Positions 39,661 to 52,285 of a stretch of 64,000 nucleotides of DNA are shown in pieces. Within the stretch, counting starts at the first letter, position 1. Each line of letters begins with the position of its first letter. This DNA is from Moniliella sp. 'wahieum' (taxonomy: Eukaryota), in NCBI GenBank assembly GCA_003971905.1, contig RSEE01000080.1, forward strand, positions 62,001-126,000, in the 5' to 3' direction. The translations under genes were made by a program, and so were the position numbers. The notes under the pieces were generated by a model. That model was not told the DNA's origin, did not search any database, and saw only the letters and a list, made by a program, of their open reading frames with translations.

Positions 39661-42254
39661 TTAGTCCCATGCCATCTCGTCCTCCGACGGCGGCGCCACA
39701 TCCAAGTCGGGCAAATCCGAGTCCGAGTCCGAGTCCGAACCCGGCCCTGAACCCGCATCTGCCTCGCGTGGAGCCGATGAACTGGCCGCGCGCTCGCTGT
39801 CCTTTTCCGTCGTACGACGCTCGACGACCTGGACGGGGGGTGGGGCTCGACGAAGGTGGCGAGGCAGGCGCTGCCTCGGCCACGTAGGGCCGGAGCCAAG
39901 TCAACCACCTCGACCGTATCCACCTCAATCGCCGGCGGGGCGAGAGACACGACGGGTGAGCAGCAGCCAAGGCCGGGGTAGCAGAGGCTGCAGGAGCGGG
40001 GCGGGGAATGCGGCCACCGCCTCGCTCGACGCCAGAGGTACCGAAGCAAATGTACTGATGCCGGTCTGCACAGGAGCGTGATGGGTCATCTGCCGCTTGG
40101 CCGGTGGCTCAATGGGCGTGTCGTGAGCCTCTTGCGTCGTCCCATCTCCATCTCCATCTCCAGTCGGGACGGGCTGGGTACGTTGGGCATGGGCCTGAAG
40201 CACGTCGGTCAACAAGCGTCCATCGCCTCGTCCCCGTCCCACTCGGGCACGGGGAGGAAGCGGGGTGTGGTAACCAACGCCAGCGTCGCCTTGAGCTGCT
40301 GCAAGGCTTGCGCCACCTCCGCATTGTCCGTGGCAAAGTCCAAGCTAGCTCCGAGACCAGGTACCGTGGCGGCCCAGACGCCACCGGGCGCATTCTGCAG
40401 CGAGGCAGCCAGCATCCGCATCAGACTGGCCAAGAGGGAAGGCGGGGCATAACTCGTTACTCCCGAGGGTGAAAGGATGGCACGGACGCCCGCCACACCA
40501 AGCGCGGTAAGGGTGACAGAACGTGGCGCACGCGGTTCCTCCTCTGCTTTGGTAGACGTCGTGGGTGGGTCGGGCGCAGCGGCGGAAAGGACAGGCGCCA
40601 AGGAGGCAAGCACACAGCTCGCTGCCTCGGCGGCTTGGGCCGACAGGTCCCTGGCCCGTGGCTGGGCGGGAGGTGGACAAGGTAGGTGGCAACAAGGGCT
40701 TGGCATGCGTCGGCGAGCTTGGCGGTGCTTGGGTGGTCAGGACCAAGCGGGACAAGGACAGGAGGCGCAAGAAGCGATGCAAGCACTTTGAGCACTACAA
40801 TGTCCACCTCTCCACCTCCGAGGGAGAAGGTAGTAGATCCGCCAATACATCCACCAGCGGGGGGGTCGTGCCTGCACCCACATGGAAGGGGCAGAGGGGA
40901 CGAGGAGGCTAAGCGCACCCTCCTTCCCGGTGCGTTGGAAGAGCGTTCCAAGGAGCAGCAGAGCGACAGTTTGAAGAGTAGGGAGAATTTCCACTTGGGC
41001 GGCATGCAGCGCCGCGTCCACCGTGGGTGCAGCAGCCTTCTTTGCCGCCGCACGGATCCCCACACCGAGAACCGAGCCGGAGCCAAGCGGGGATGCGAGC
41101 CAGGAAATTACTCGTCCGAGGGGAAGACGGGCAACAACAGAGGGTGCAGGCACAGCAAGCATGACCAGAAGAACATGCAACGCATGCTTCAGCAACTGCA
41201 CTTGTCCTGCCACCGTGTCAGGGGTAGCGACCAACGGGGGGGGGGCGACGCGAGCACGCCCAGAGGAAAGGTAGACCCCACGCCGGCACGGTCGCGGTAC
41301 ACAACGTGGAAGAAAGACTGGTGAGGTAGAGGTCGACGGTGCCCAGCGCCGCATCGATGGTAGCGGCCCACAGAGTGGAAGGAGTGGGGTTGCGTACACG
41401 CCCAGTTTGTTGTGCTGTGCTGACGATCGTACTGCCTTGAGCGGGTGCGGGGGTCCGTGCGGAATACGCGTAGCTCGTTTTGGGTTCCTGGGAGGAGGTG
41501 TCGGTGGACACGGGTACTGGGGTGGCCGCTTTCGGCCACGCCCTCGGGGTCCGTGGGGCGGGGGGAAGATCCGGTGCGGTGGAGATCGATAAGGAGGGTC
41601 GCTGCTGCTTCCATATTGTCCTTGGCAGGGATTGCGGTGGGGGACAAGGAGGGCGGGAAAAGAATGTGGGTAGCCACGGCGCGCACGGTGCTGGCCAAGG
41701 CACGGTAGGTGGAGGGGTGCGGCGCACGTCGCGGGACAGAGCACGCAGGAGAACGGGCAGGAGGGAAGTGCCGGTTGGGATGGCATGAGCGCAAGCCTCG
41801 GCAGCGCCCACTAGGGCCTGGGCAAAAGCCTTGGCATGAGCTTGAATGATGGCGCGTAAAGAGTTGGAAGGCGGTCGCCTCGTCGGGGGACAGCGAGAGC
41901 GGGAGCGTGGCGGAGAGAACGTGGTGGGCCAATGCCAAGGTAGACTCCATCTGGGGCGGGAGAGGAGACGCTTCTCAAGCGCGGACGGAATGGCTTGGAG
42001 CTGACGGCATAGGCAAGCCACGCGGCGCCGGCAGTCTGGCGGGCATCCTGGCCGCCCGTCGACGCGGCAGCGGAGGCAGCGGCGGTGGTGGGGGCAGGGA
42101 GGATGGAGGCGGGGGCAGGGCCGAGGCTGTGGATGAGGGAGAGGGCGACGGCGACGCCCTCGGGCTGGCTGGCGCGGAGGAGGGCAACGCTGCGGACGGC
42201 GAGGCCAGCATGCGGAGGCGCGCCGGCGCCACCGGGAGCAAGGGCAGCGGCCAT
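39661..42254 (-). CDS. Probable pre-rRNA-processing protein Rix1/PELP1-like (helical repeat protein)
   Basis: Long Leu/Ala-rich helical sequence (LWAATIDAALGTVDLYL; LQQLKATLALVTTPRFLP), a Pro-rich tail and acidic end SDSDSDSDLPDLDVAPPSEDEMAWD*. Many frameshifts. The assignment rests on overall architecture. Confidence 0.55.
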
Positions 42255-42573
42255 GTTTCTGGGAGAGCTGCTGTTGCTGTTGGAGGGAGGACAGAAAGAA
42301 AAAAAGAATGAAAGTTGCAATGCGCCCGCATGACGAATAGATGCGATGTGCGCTGGGCAGTAGGGTTGCCCTGTCGCGGATCGGCCCACACACTGGCCCC
42401 GTGCGCCGTGTGGCTGCGCTGGCTGGGCGAGCACGGCGCGAGTCTGCAGCCGCGGCCGGCACTGGGGCTTGTTCCCAGCGCTGGCTCAGTGACGCACACT
42501 CGCCTCCGCACGCTGCCCCACCATCTCCCGCCTCCCTGCCAGCGCCTCTGCCTCCTCCTGTCCTGCGCTGGCC

Positions 42574-44600
42574 ATGCCCCCGCCTCCGCCGCCGCCTCCG
42601 CCGCCCCCGCCCGCCGCCTCGCCCCTCCTCCAGCTCCCCCGACAGCCTCCTCGCCCGGCCCAGCCCCACCAGCGCCAGCCTCTCGATCGCTGCCTCTGCC
42701 TCTGCCTCCGCCTCTGCCTCTGCCTCTGCCTCTGCTCTGCCTCTGCCTCTGCCTCTGCCTATGCCTCTGCCTCTGCCTCTGCCTCTGCCTCTGCCTCTGC
42801 CTCTGCTCTGCCTCTGCCTCTGCCTCCGCCTCTGCCTCGGCCTCCACCGCCCCCTCCACCGCCCTCTCCATCAGCCCCTCCCCCTCGTCCCGCCTACTGG
42901 CCGACTGGTCCGAGTCGTCTGACACCGAGCCCCCCGACACCCACTCGCCCGGCAAAACACCTCTCTCCCCCCGCCCCCTTCCTTGCCCCGAACTGGAGCT
43001 TGACAATGCGTTTGACCCGACCGAGCTTGATGCTGCATTTGGGCTAGCAGGGGTGCCGCACCTCCCAACATCCCTTCCCGCCCCCTCGGCCTCGACTGGT
43101 TCGATGGCCCCCATCCCCTCGCTGGACGACGCGCTGGAAGGGTTGGAGTGTCCGAGTCAAACTCGATGACCGATGATGACATGGAGCAAGGCCTGGAATG
43201 GGACCCTACCCAACCCTCCGAGGACCTGGGTGCTCGTGCGCGCCGTCTCTGGCCAGATCTTTTCCGTCCACCAGAGGCAAATAGCCTTCACATCCCTCTT
43301 TCTGATGCGTCTTCCTTACCCCTACCTACCCCCCACTCCCGTCCACAACCAAGGAACCCCCTCTCCCTCCCCCCTCCCTCGCCCGGCTCTTTTCCCCCCC
43401 TCCCCTCTCAGAAGGTCCAAATCGTCGCGAAGAGACGACAGCCTTACTCCTCATCTTGCACTGAAGCTCCCTTGCCCGTCGTTGACACCAAGCGTCAGGA
43501 ACCTGACCGCCGCCCCTGAATCCCACAGTTGCCACCTTACGGGATGCACGCCGGCGTCAAAACTCTTTGCCTGGCGTGAGCGTTATCACCGCCACAGGCT
43601 CTTTCTCTTCTCCAAGGTCAACGGGAAAAGCACAGTCGACTTTCCCACTTCTTGCCTCATCACCCAATGCTTCCCCTCGTGCTTCTCCCCAACTTGGTGG
43701 CGGGCGTACCCTTACTCGCTCTGACTGCCCTACGCATCGGTCTGATGGTTCCCCTGTCCGATCGTCTGGATCTCATGGCTTACGCGGATGGAGGATACGT
43801 CTTTCGCCCGTTCCCACGGCGTACATTCAGCGCACCCCAAGTCGGTCTCTAGCACACCCGTATCAACACCCACACTCTCGCCCAACTCTACCTTGGGGGC
43901 AGTGGCTTGTGTGCCTACGTTACTTCCCGAATGTGCCAGTCCTATCCTGAGCGCCGAAGTTTGGCTGACGTGGTCCGGTCTCCGCGCTTCTCTACTCTGG
44001 GCTTGCGAGGCGAGACCCTGCGCCCCCCACGCCCACGATCAGCGGGATCTGGTACCCTCGGTAGCCTGGCCGGAGCGGGTGGTGGCCTCCGTTCCGCGCC
44101 CCGCTCACTCCAGATGGGACGTCTCCCTTGAATCCCGAACCCCAAAAAGAGGAAGAAGCGATTGCCACTCCTACTTCCAAACGAGATGTGGGCACCTCCG
44201 CCGGTCCGACGGTAGTGGGACAAATGAGGTTCGATCCCCTGCGGCGTACTTGGCTACGCACCGCTCAGGATGGAATTGACGAGGAAGAAGATTTGCTCGT
44301 CCTTTTGGCGAGGCCGAGGAGGACGAAGCTTGGTTGACGGGCAAGGTGGAGCGGGCTGAGACACCCACCCCTGCCCCCTTTGTGGACCCATGGGAAACCA
44401 ACCCCACTGAACCCCGACCACCGCTGAGAGTGCGAGTGCGCCAATCCGGTCCGCTTCGACCAGGGAAGAAAACCGTCTCTGTGGGCATTGGGCCGCTCGC
44501 CTCGCCGCCGGCTTCCGTCACCTTCGACTCGACCCCGATCCTACTAGGCTGACAACGGAGCTCGAACTGGCATTCCACCAAGCTGAACAACTTCACCAGG
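42574..44600 (+). CDS. Probable Byr4/Bfa1-like GAP scaffold of the septation initiation/mitotic exit network (frameshifted; ends approximate)
   Basis: Low-complexity acidic/Pro-rich protein (DDDMEQGLEW) with late motif VVGQMRFDPLRRTWL..DEEEDLL, matching the G-M-x-F-D-P-x-x-x-x-W motif of Byr4/Bfa1. Confidence 0.55.
42690..42840. repeat. Hexanucleotide repeat (CTCTGC)~24
   Basis: Seen directly; translates as (LP)n, (SA)n or (CL)n depending on frame. Confidence 0.95.
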
Positions 44601-45090
44601 AGCAATGCCGGCTCCTAGGGCTCTGACCTCTCCCCCCATCTCCATCCCCCTCACCCTCCATTCTTTTTGGATCTTGTACCTCTCTCTTGGCTCTGACTGT
44701 TGGCTACTCGCTTCTTGCCCGCTGCACCGCTGCGTGGAACTGCTCTGTATTTTTGGGGCCTTTGGTTTGCGACCCAGATACCACTTTCCTTGACCCACTT
44801 TGAGGCCGTATTTCAACCTTCCATTTCTCAGGTCTTCCTTTGACCATCTATGTTTTCCCTGTTGTGCGCTTCGTATCCTGTTCCGACCCCCATGCTTAGG
44901 CGCTCGACATGCCTCTACCGCGCAAGCTATATATCCTTTCATTCACGAACCAATTATCATCCCTCCTTCGGTTCTGTTCGTAGCAGGCCCGACCAGCCTA
45001 GATGAGTGTACGTGTCGTGTTTGGCTCGCATCCGTGTCTCCTGCCAGCCACCTGATCGGCCTATCCTTCTCGAGACCAACAGTACTGACG

Positions 45091-47500
45091 TTACCAAACC
45101 GAGAGCGGACCATGGTGTACCTTCCAATCTCCAACAAATCCGGCGTGCGTTTCTTGCCGCCGGCGTCCTTGGGGTTGGGTGCGCAGCCATGCAGCGACGG
45201 GACCGGCGCATTGTCCCCCGCCCGATCGAGGAGGGTGCGCGTCGTCTGTTCGTACTGCACTTCGCGCGGGTGCATCCCAATCGGTGGACGGGCACGACCG
45301 TTGGCCTGTTCTTCGCCCGCTCGCGCATCGGCCGTGGCCCAGCGATGTTCGGCGTAGGACACGGTTCATCCCAATCCCACCTTGATCCCCACCAAGCTGC
45401 ATCTCCACGTTAATACCCAAACCAATGCACACATAATTCTCACATCCACAGTGAACGCGAAAGCGGGGGGGGGGGCACGTACAAGGCCCAGGCAACCAGG
45501 GCAGTGAGCAGCGCCGCGGTCCAGGTAGTTATGGCGGCCAATACGGGGGCGATGGTACGAGTCCAGACGCCCGACGCGGTGGTCAAGTGGTCGGCGGGGA
45601 CAGCAGGAGGGGACGCTTCAAAGATATCGTCAAACGATTCCGTCCCGGCACGCAGCATGCCAGCAATCTGAATCATAACCTGGATCAAGAGACAGGCGAG
45701 CGGGAGGGAGCAAAGCCCAGTCGGCGACTGACGATCGGGGCTTGGTCCACAAACGTGCTCCGGTGCGGCGGTTGGACGAGGCCGGCTCGGTGTTGTCCGA
45801 GGCGAAGGCGGTGGGTCCATGGCAGCGGGGGAACCCATCAGCAGATCCCGACAGAGTACGTCGATGAACCGGCCATAGATGCCAGGACGAATGTGGTTGA
45901 ATTTGGTGATAAATGCATGTTTGAGCCAGTCGACAAACACTTCGCTCGTCAGCACCACCGCGGCGGGGAAGAGGGTGCGTTCCAATACCGTGTACGATGG
46001 CAGGAGGCGGAAGAGCGGGGCAAACCAGTGACCTTGTCCGGTCGAGGGTGGGGAAAGCGCATCGGCACCATGAAAGCCAGCCACCTCGACCAAGTTGCGG
46101 ATGGCAATGAAGCAGACCATCAGAAAGAGCTGGAAGCGCTCCACAATGTCGGCACAGGTCACTTGGAACAGATTCTCCTTCTCAAACTTTTTAAACACCG
46201 AGCCTTTGATCTCGACAAACTGGTTGCTGATCAGGAGCGACATGAGGCTGTGGTCATAGGAGTTGATGGCAACGTTGAGCGCGACCATCTGGTAGGAAAG
46301 TACCAGAGTGTGTACGATGATGTACCCAAGAGACAGTAGGAACAACCGGCCCGCAGGTAGGGCAACGACCCGTCTTCTCGCCGCACCAACGTCGAGCGCG
46401 AAAACAACGAGTCCAACAATCCTGCCCTATCGAGCAGCAGAGCCGGTCGGCATCTCGAGGACATTGAAGATGACATAGAGTTTGATCAGGTCTGTCCACG
46501 TACCGAGTGGTACATCTTGCCCGCGTCATTCCAATTGGAGTGCGCGAGGAGGGTGCAGGCCAAGACGAGGAGGAGCAACTTGATCATATCGCACTTTTGC
46601 GACGCGCTCAGGCGCATCTTTTCTGCCCCTTGACACCCCTCAGGCGCGCGCCGCAGTTCCTCACGGCAGTACAAGCGCAATCCCAAACCGGAGCGGATTG
46701 ATAGTGAAGGCATATAAGAACGCATCAAAGCACGTCACAAAACCAAACACGATCACCTCCTCCACCCGAAAGGGCACTGCCATAAGTTGCTCACCCGTTC
46801 CAGTTTGAGCTCTTGGGCCGCATCGTAATCCGTCGCATACAACTCCTCCTTGAGATAGTCCCAGATACTAAAAGGCGTGAGGACTGGAGGGACGATCGTC
46901 GTGGCTGCCTCTGCGCTTCTTAGTCCGCGTCTCGAGCGGCGGCAGCAACCGTTTCTCCCCCGCCGGCGTGAGAGGCGAACCAGGGGACATGGCAGGGGCC
47001 GACAGGTTCATGTCCGCCTCCAGTCCTGTGTCCCCGAGCGAAAGTTCCGCCAACGCTGGTTCGGGCCGCGCAATGTCCCTCCGGTCGTGGTGGGAGTGCG
47101 TGCTGGGGGAGCGGGTGTGGGTCGAAGCAAGGTCGCTGGCCAAGGGCGGGGAAGGGGGCACTCGGTCTTGCGTGAGTACGAGGCGGAGCGGGAATGGTAG
47201 CGCACGTGAGGCAGCGAGAGCGAGTGAGCATGGGGGGCGTCGGAGCGGGCACTGGGCAAGCGAGACCCCACAGAATTCTTCGGCTCGCCTCGGTGGGCGG
47301 ATGGAGAAACGCAGCGGCGCCAAGCTCGACTGCTTCGGCGCCGGCTTGGGGGTGGGCTGGGTCCTCCAGCCCCGTTCGAGGTCCCGCCGCTCGACCAAAT
47401 CGGTTGATCGGCGCACTTCGCCACTGCGCCTTCTCTTCTCGCTACCCCTCCGTGCAGCGGGGCGGGAGGCGTCCTCATCGGAACTCGCATCCTCCCACAT
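45091..47500 (-). CDS. EMP65: ER membrane protein Emp65/TAPT1 (DUF747)
   Basis: KMYHSVRGQ, ALNVAINSYDHSLMSLLISNQFVEIKGSVFKKFEKENLFQVTCADIVERFQL, SEVFVDWLKHAFITKFNHI and terminal RYTMVRSR(IW*). Intron from ~45482. Confidence 0.92.
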
Positions 47501-47831
47501 GTCTCTACTCTGAGCGCCGGTCTGCGCCGCCCTTCTGACGGCGGAGGCGGAGGCGGGGGCTGGGTTGGGGCTGGGGCTGGGGCTGAGGAAAGCTGAGGCG
47601 GAGGGACCAGGGAGCTGTTGCCGCTGGTTGAGGCGCCGGGGGGAAGAGGCGGCCCGGAGGCGGTGGGTGGAGGCAGTGGGGATGGGATGGATGGCAGGGA
47701 TGTGGTGGTGGTGGTGTTGGGCTGGTGGCGGTGGTGGGCGCGGCGGTTGCAGGGGAATGGATTAGGGGACAGCCTGGTGCCTGGCAGGCAGCATGCTGGT
47801 GCTGTGACATCCCCTGGCATCACAGCATCCA

Positions 47832-47915
47832 GGGCGGATAGCTCAGTTGGTAGAGCGCACGCTTCGCATGTTATGCTTCTGTGTGAGGTCTGGGGTTCGA
47901 TTCCCTATTCGTCCA
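47832..47915 (+). tRNA. tRNA-Ala (anticodon CGC) with ~11-nt intron (47869-47879)
   Basis: GGGCGGATAGCTCAGTTGGTAGAGCGCACGCTTCGCA[TGTTATGCTTC]TGTGTGAGGTCTGGGGTTCGATTCCCTATTCGTCCA. It has the G3:U70 Ala determinant, A73, A and B boxes, and T7 at 47938-47944. Confidence 0.93.
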
Positions 47916-48020
47916 AATCTTTTGCAGCCCGACTGGATTTTTTTCTTGTCGGCGGGCGAGTGCCACGCGACGCGAAGTTCGCTTCGCGTCGCTTCGGCTT
48001 GCCTCTGCCCCCCACCGCCG

Positions 48021-50388
48021 ATGGAGCAGCAACGGCACCGCCTCCACATGGCTGCCCGCCGCCCCCGGGCCATTGCCTCGGAGCCCAGACATGTCCTCGC
48101 CGCCGCCCAGCAAGAAACCCCGCCCCGCCTCCCCGCGCCTGCTCCCCGCGCTCGTTCCAGCACGGCCAGCCCTTCGCCCCCTCCTCTCTCAGCCCGTGCG
48201 TCGCGTGGGACAGAGACGAAGGACGCTGCGCGTCCGGCAAAGGGAAAGGAGACGGACAAAGCGCGTGTACGCGCTCATGTGCTCCCCCACCCGCAGATTC
48301 CGACTCGGATTTGGAGATTGGTCCGCTCCCCGTGCCCGACAAGGCCCAGACCAAGACCAAAGCCAAGGCCAAAGGCATCCTCTCGGTTGGGTGCGCACAC
48401 GACCGAGGCGGGTTCGCTTTCGTTGTTTGGAAGCAAGGTGCCGCACGAATTGGAGCTGACCGCGAGTCCGCTGCGCAAAACTAGACGTCGGTCGCGCTCC
48501 CCACCCAGGGGCAAAGACCCGCACTTCTCTGCGCCTTGCCGCCCCTCCTCACCTTTTCGATCTGTTTCCTCCTGCTCTGTCTCGTCGGACGAAGAAGGGA
48601 TCAAGGAAAGGAGCGGGATGGACGCTCGTACGCGCCGGCTTGCCCAGGACAAGGAGCTGCACGAACCTGATTCATCCTTCTCGGCCAGCCCAAGGTCGCA
48701 GCCGCTGTCGCCCCCCCCCACCTCGCCCATTGCTCCTGGCCTCGATTCCGACGACAAGGTCGCCCAGTCTTCCTTTCAGGAAGGAGATCGTTCTTTCTCA
48801 ACCACAAACCCTGCGCGACCGCGACGCCCCGTGCTCAGCTCAAAAAAATTCAAATCAAGCAGTACGGCGACCTGGCCGGACGGGGGGAAGATATGGCATC
48901 GCAGAATGGGTCCGAGCCGTGCCTATCGGATCATGCGGCCTCGCACTCGCACACGGGATCGCAACCGGCATCCCGACCCGCGTCGCAACCTGCGCCGGAC
49001 CCAGGCTCTACGCTAGCCCCATCCTCTTCTCCGGGAACCAAGGGTAGTGGATCCCAACCCGACCGGGTGCGACCACGACGGCACCAACCGCAACTCAAGA
49101 AAATTCAAATCAAAGAGCGTGCAAGAGTTTATGGACGAGGTGGGCCGGGCCGGGGTGTATCCCCAAGGTCCATCGCATCTCCCCTTGTCGCCCAGCAAGA
49201 CACGGGCGCATCCGGAGGCGCTTGATGCCGAGACTGATGCGCCCGAAGGCGCCGAAGTACCTACCTCGGTCACTGATTTGGCAGTGTGTCCCTTTTGCTC
49301 TCATCCTTTGCCCGAACGCCCGACGCGTGGGCTGCAGCAACTGTTGCAGCCCCTGTTGGACCAGTACCACCGCACCGGCGGCTTTGTCCGAGGCCAACAG
49401 ACGATCGGCGTCTGTCTGCGGCACGAGGACGAGCGGAAGACGGTACCACGTGGGCTGGACCAAGGTTGGCCCACCACGCTGGATACCCAAGCGTTGGTCC
49501 AACGGGTCCAATCGGTTCATTGGGCGTACTTGCTCCAAGTGCTGCAAACGCCTTTGATCAGCACATTTTTCCGTGCGCATACAGAGCGGATCAAAGCGCT
49601 GGGATCGCGCGCGTTTAGTGCGACGGGGCAGATGGATGCAGCGGCGGACCAACGCGCCGGGTACTATGGCGAACGTGGATGGGAAAGCTTGCTCACGCTG
49701 TTTGGTGGAGTTTCTCCCGTCCGCCTCGACGCGCAAGAAACCGACGTTCGAACACTTTCCCGGCGAGACGGACGACGAGGAGGAAGACCAAGGGGCGACG
49801 AAACCGGTGGTGGACGCCAAGCGGATCGCGCCATTGACACCAACGTTGTTTATTCACTCGGTGTTGATGCCCGAGCTGATTGTCAGTCTGTTGCAGGAAG
49901 ACTTGCGCCAGCGCGGCCGCACCGGTTCGGTAGAGGAGGCGATTGCGTTGAGGGACGAGAGTACGCGGTATGGTGCGGCCCTGTTTCCTGTCGACGATAA
50001 GATGGCGATTGATCCCGACGCCGTTGATCGCTTGCGCCGTGGTCTGTCCGAGGTCTGCCCGACAAGAGTGCAGGACGGATGGGCTCGGTTGTTGCCCTCG
50101 CAACGGCCAACCAAGGCAGGTCCCAAAGCCCGTTCACCCTCTGCTCCCATCCCGTTCAGCGCAAACCAAGTACCAAGGCGATCAAAGGCCGGACCTCTGG
50201 CGGTGCGCCGCAGACCACACTCAATTTTATGTTACAACAACGACAGCACTGATTCCTCCCCCATTTTCCCCTCCTTTTCTTCATGCATGTTTTGGCGCGC
50301 AGGACAGTGGGTGGTAGCAGGGGGGCATAGATTAGGCAAAGCAACGGGGTACTACAGCGGAGCAAATGAGGGGGGCAAATGTCAATAA
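48021..50388 (+). CDS. RTC4: RTC4-domain protein (start and end approximate, frameshifted)
   Basis: Disordered N-terminus, then CPFCSHPLP...VCLRHEDERKTVPRGLDQGWPTTLD, AGYYGERG and FIHSVLMPELIVSLLQEDL...AIALRDESTRYG, as in RTC4-like domains. Confidence 0.78.
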
Positions 50389-52285
50389 TAGCGCGAGGGC
50401 CGTTGATGCAACGGGCCATACGAGGCAAAAGCAGGGAGATGGGCGGGCGGCGGCCGGGCGCTGATGGCCATACTTGGTTGAACAGAGACAACCGAGTTGC
50501 CTTGGGAGCTGCCAGCTGTGCTGGGGGAAACGGATTGGGCAAGTCGAGTGCCGACGCTGCTCGCGCCGCGCGCTCGGGCCCGACGCTCCCGCCAGGCCGG
50601 GCACCCGACCAGATCTTGGCCCTGGCCTCGGACCGGGCACGAGATGGCCTTGCCCGGCTCCGGAGGTTTGCGGGGGACGGGGTCGTGCCGGCGTGCCGGC
50701 TTGGGCTCGCGGTTGCCCCGCCGCTAGGGAGCGGACAAGCGAAGGTGGCGACGCCTGCGGCGGCTCTGACACGGTCGTCCGTCCGCCCCGCACCAGCGGG
50801 GGCGTGGGGTAGGCCGGTGCGGTAGCACGGGACAATTTGGTGCCCAGCTGGGACGGGACGTAGGGCGACGAGGCAGGGTGCGATGCAGAGCTATGTCCGG
50901 GCAGCGGAGCAGGGTGTACTCGGGATGCGAATGCGTCGGTCCCAGCAGGCCGGGCCGCTGGGAAGCCGGAGGGCGAAGGGCCGGTGCGTGAGACAGTACG
51001 AGGAGAGGGGGCGTCCATGCGCGACGAGACGGTGCGGCGGGACGCGGTGCCGAGGCGGGAGCCAATGCCCATTCGGGAAGTGGAGTGGCCCACGGGGAGG
51101 ATGGGCCGGTGCGGGATGATGTACCCATGCGGGAAAAGGCCGGGCGAGAGGCAGTGCCAGCACTGGACTCCCAGGTGGACAGGGGCGCGACTTGCGAGTC
51201 GGCGGTTTCGGGCTTGGGCTCGAGATGGGCTAGGTGCATGTTGCCATCGTGGTAGGCGACCTGGCGCAACGGGCTCGAGGTGGTTCGGTGCGAAAGGTAA
51301 CTGGACGGATGGGAGGGCTGGGAGGGCTGAGACGGTTGGGAAGACGGAGCGCCCAGTCCCGAAGGAAGCGATCCCGACCGACGCCCATCGTGCATCGCAC
51401 CGAGGGAGGAAGGCAAGTGGGGGGTGGGGGGAAGCGTCTGTTCGCTCCTCGCCGGGGGAGCAACCTGAGGCGCAGCGAGGGCGTTGGTCGATACCGACGA
51501 GGAGAAGGAGCTTGGCAGAGCCGATGGCGGTGGTTCCATCTGGGCCCCAACTCCGGCCATGCTGACGGTCCGGGGGCGCGGTCATTAGCATAGGCCTGGA
51601 CGCGCTCTTCCCACACTGCTTCCCCCCTCTTGGACTGGTCCGTCCCCTTGCCGCTTGCGCTTACACTTCCGGTGCCGGTGCCACGGGTGTGGGACGACTT
51701 CTGCTCCGACTGGGTGCGCAGCGCCTCCGATCCGGGCCGGTCCGAAGGGCGGGCAGGAGGCGGCTGGGAGGCAGAACGAGTCGAAAGTTCGGGGAGGTAG
51801 GTAAACGTGTCGGTGGACAAGTCCGCCGCACCTCCACGGCTCATCACCTCACCCTCGCCGAGTAGCGCATGGCGCAGCTCGCGCTCGTACGGGTCCTGGG
51901 GCTGCTCCTGCATTTCCGGCCGCGCAGCACGAGGGAAGGGCCCGGAAAAGTGGTGCGGCCCTGGCCCAAGAGGCGGGATGCCTGGAGGCTCGGCATCCGG
52001 GATGGGGAGGTGGCGCTTGGACCGGCGGCGGTAGATGAGCAAGCCGACGCCAGCGCCGACGAGAAGGAAGGACGACGATGAGCGCAGCCCAGGCAGGGTT
52101 GAAGCTGGGCTTGCTGGGCTTGTTGGCGTCGGAGGATGGGGCGGCGGGCGCGCCGCGGGGGCGAGCACGGCGTCGGCCAGGAGGGGCGGAGAGGTCATGC
52201 CCAGCGGGGGCTGGCGGGGCGGTGGGAGGGAAGACGGTGTGGGGACGGGCGGGCGGGGGATGCGCAGCCGGGGTGGGCGGTGCAT
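50380..52285 (-). CDS. Hypothetical single-pass membrane protein with long disordered Pro/Ser-rich cytoplasmic tail
   Basis: Hydrophobic segment FLLVGAGVGLLIY followed by stop-transfer RRRSKR in ORF 51230..52285. Overlapping long ORFs continue to ~50380. No family recognised. Confidence 0.5.
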
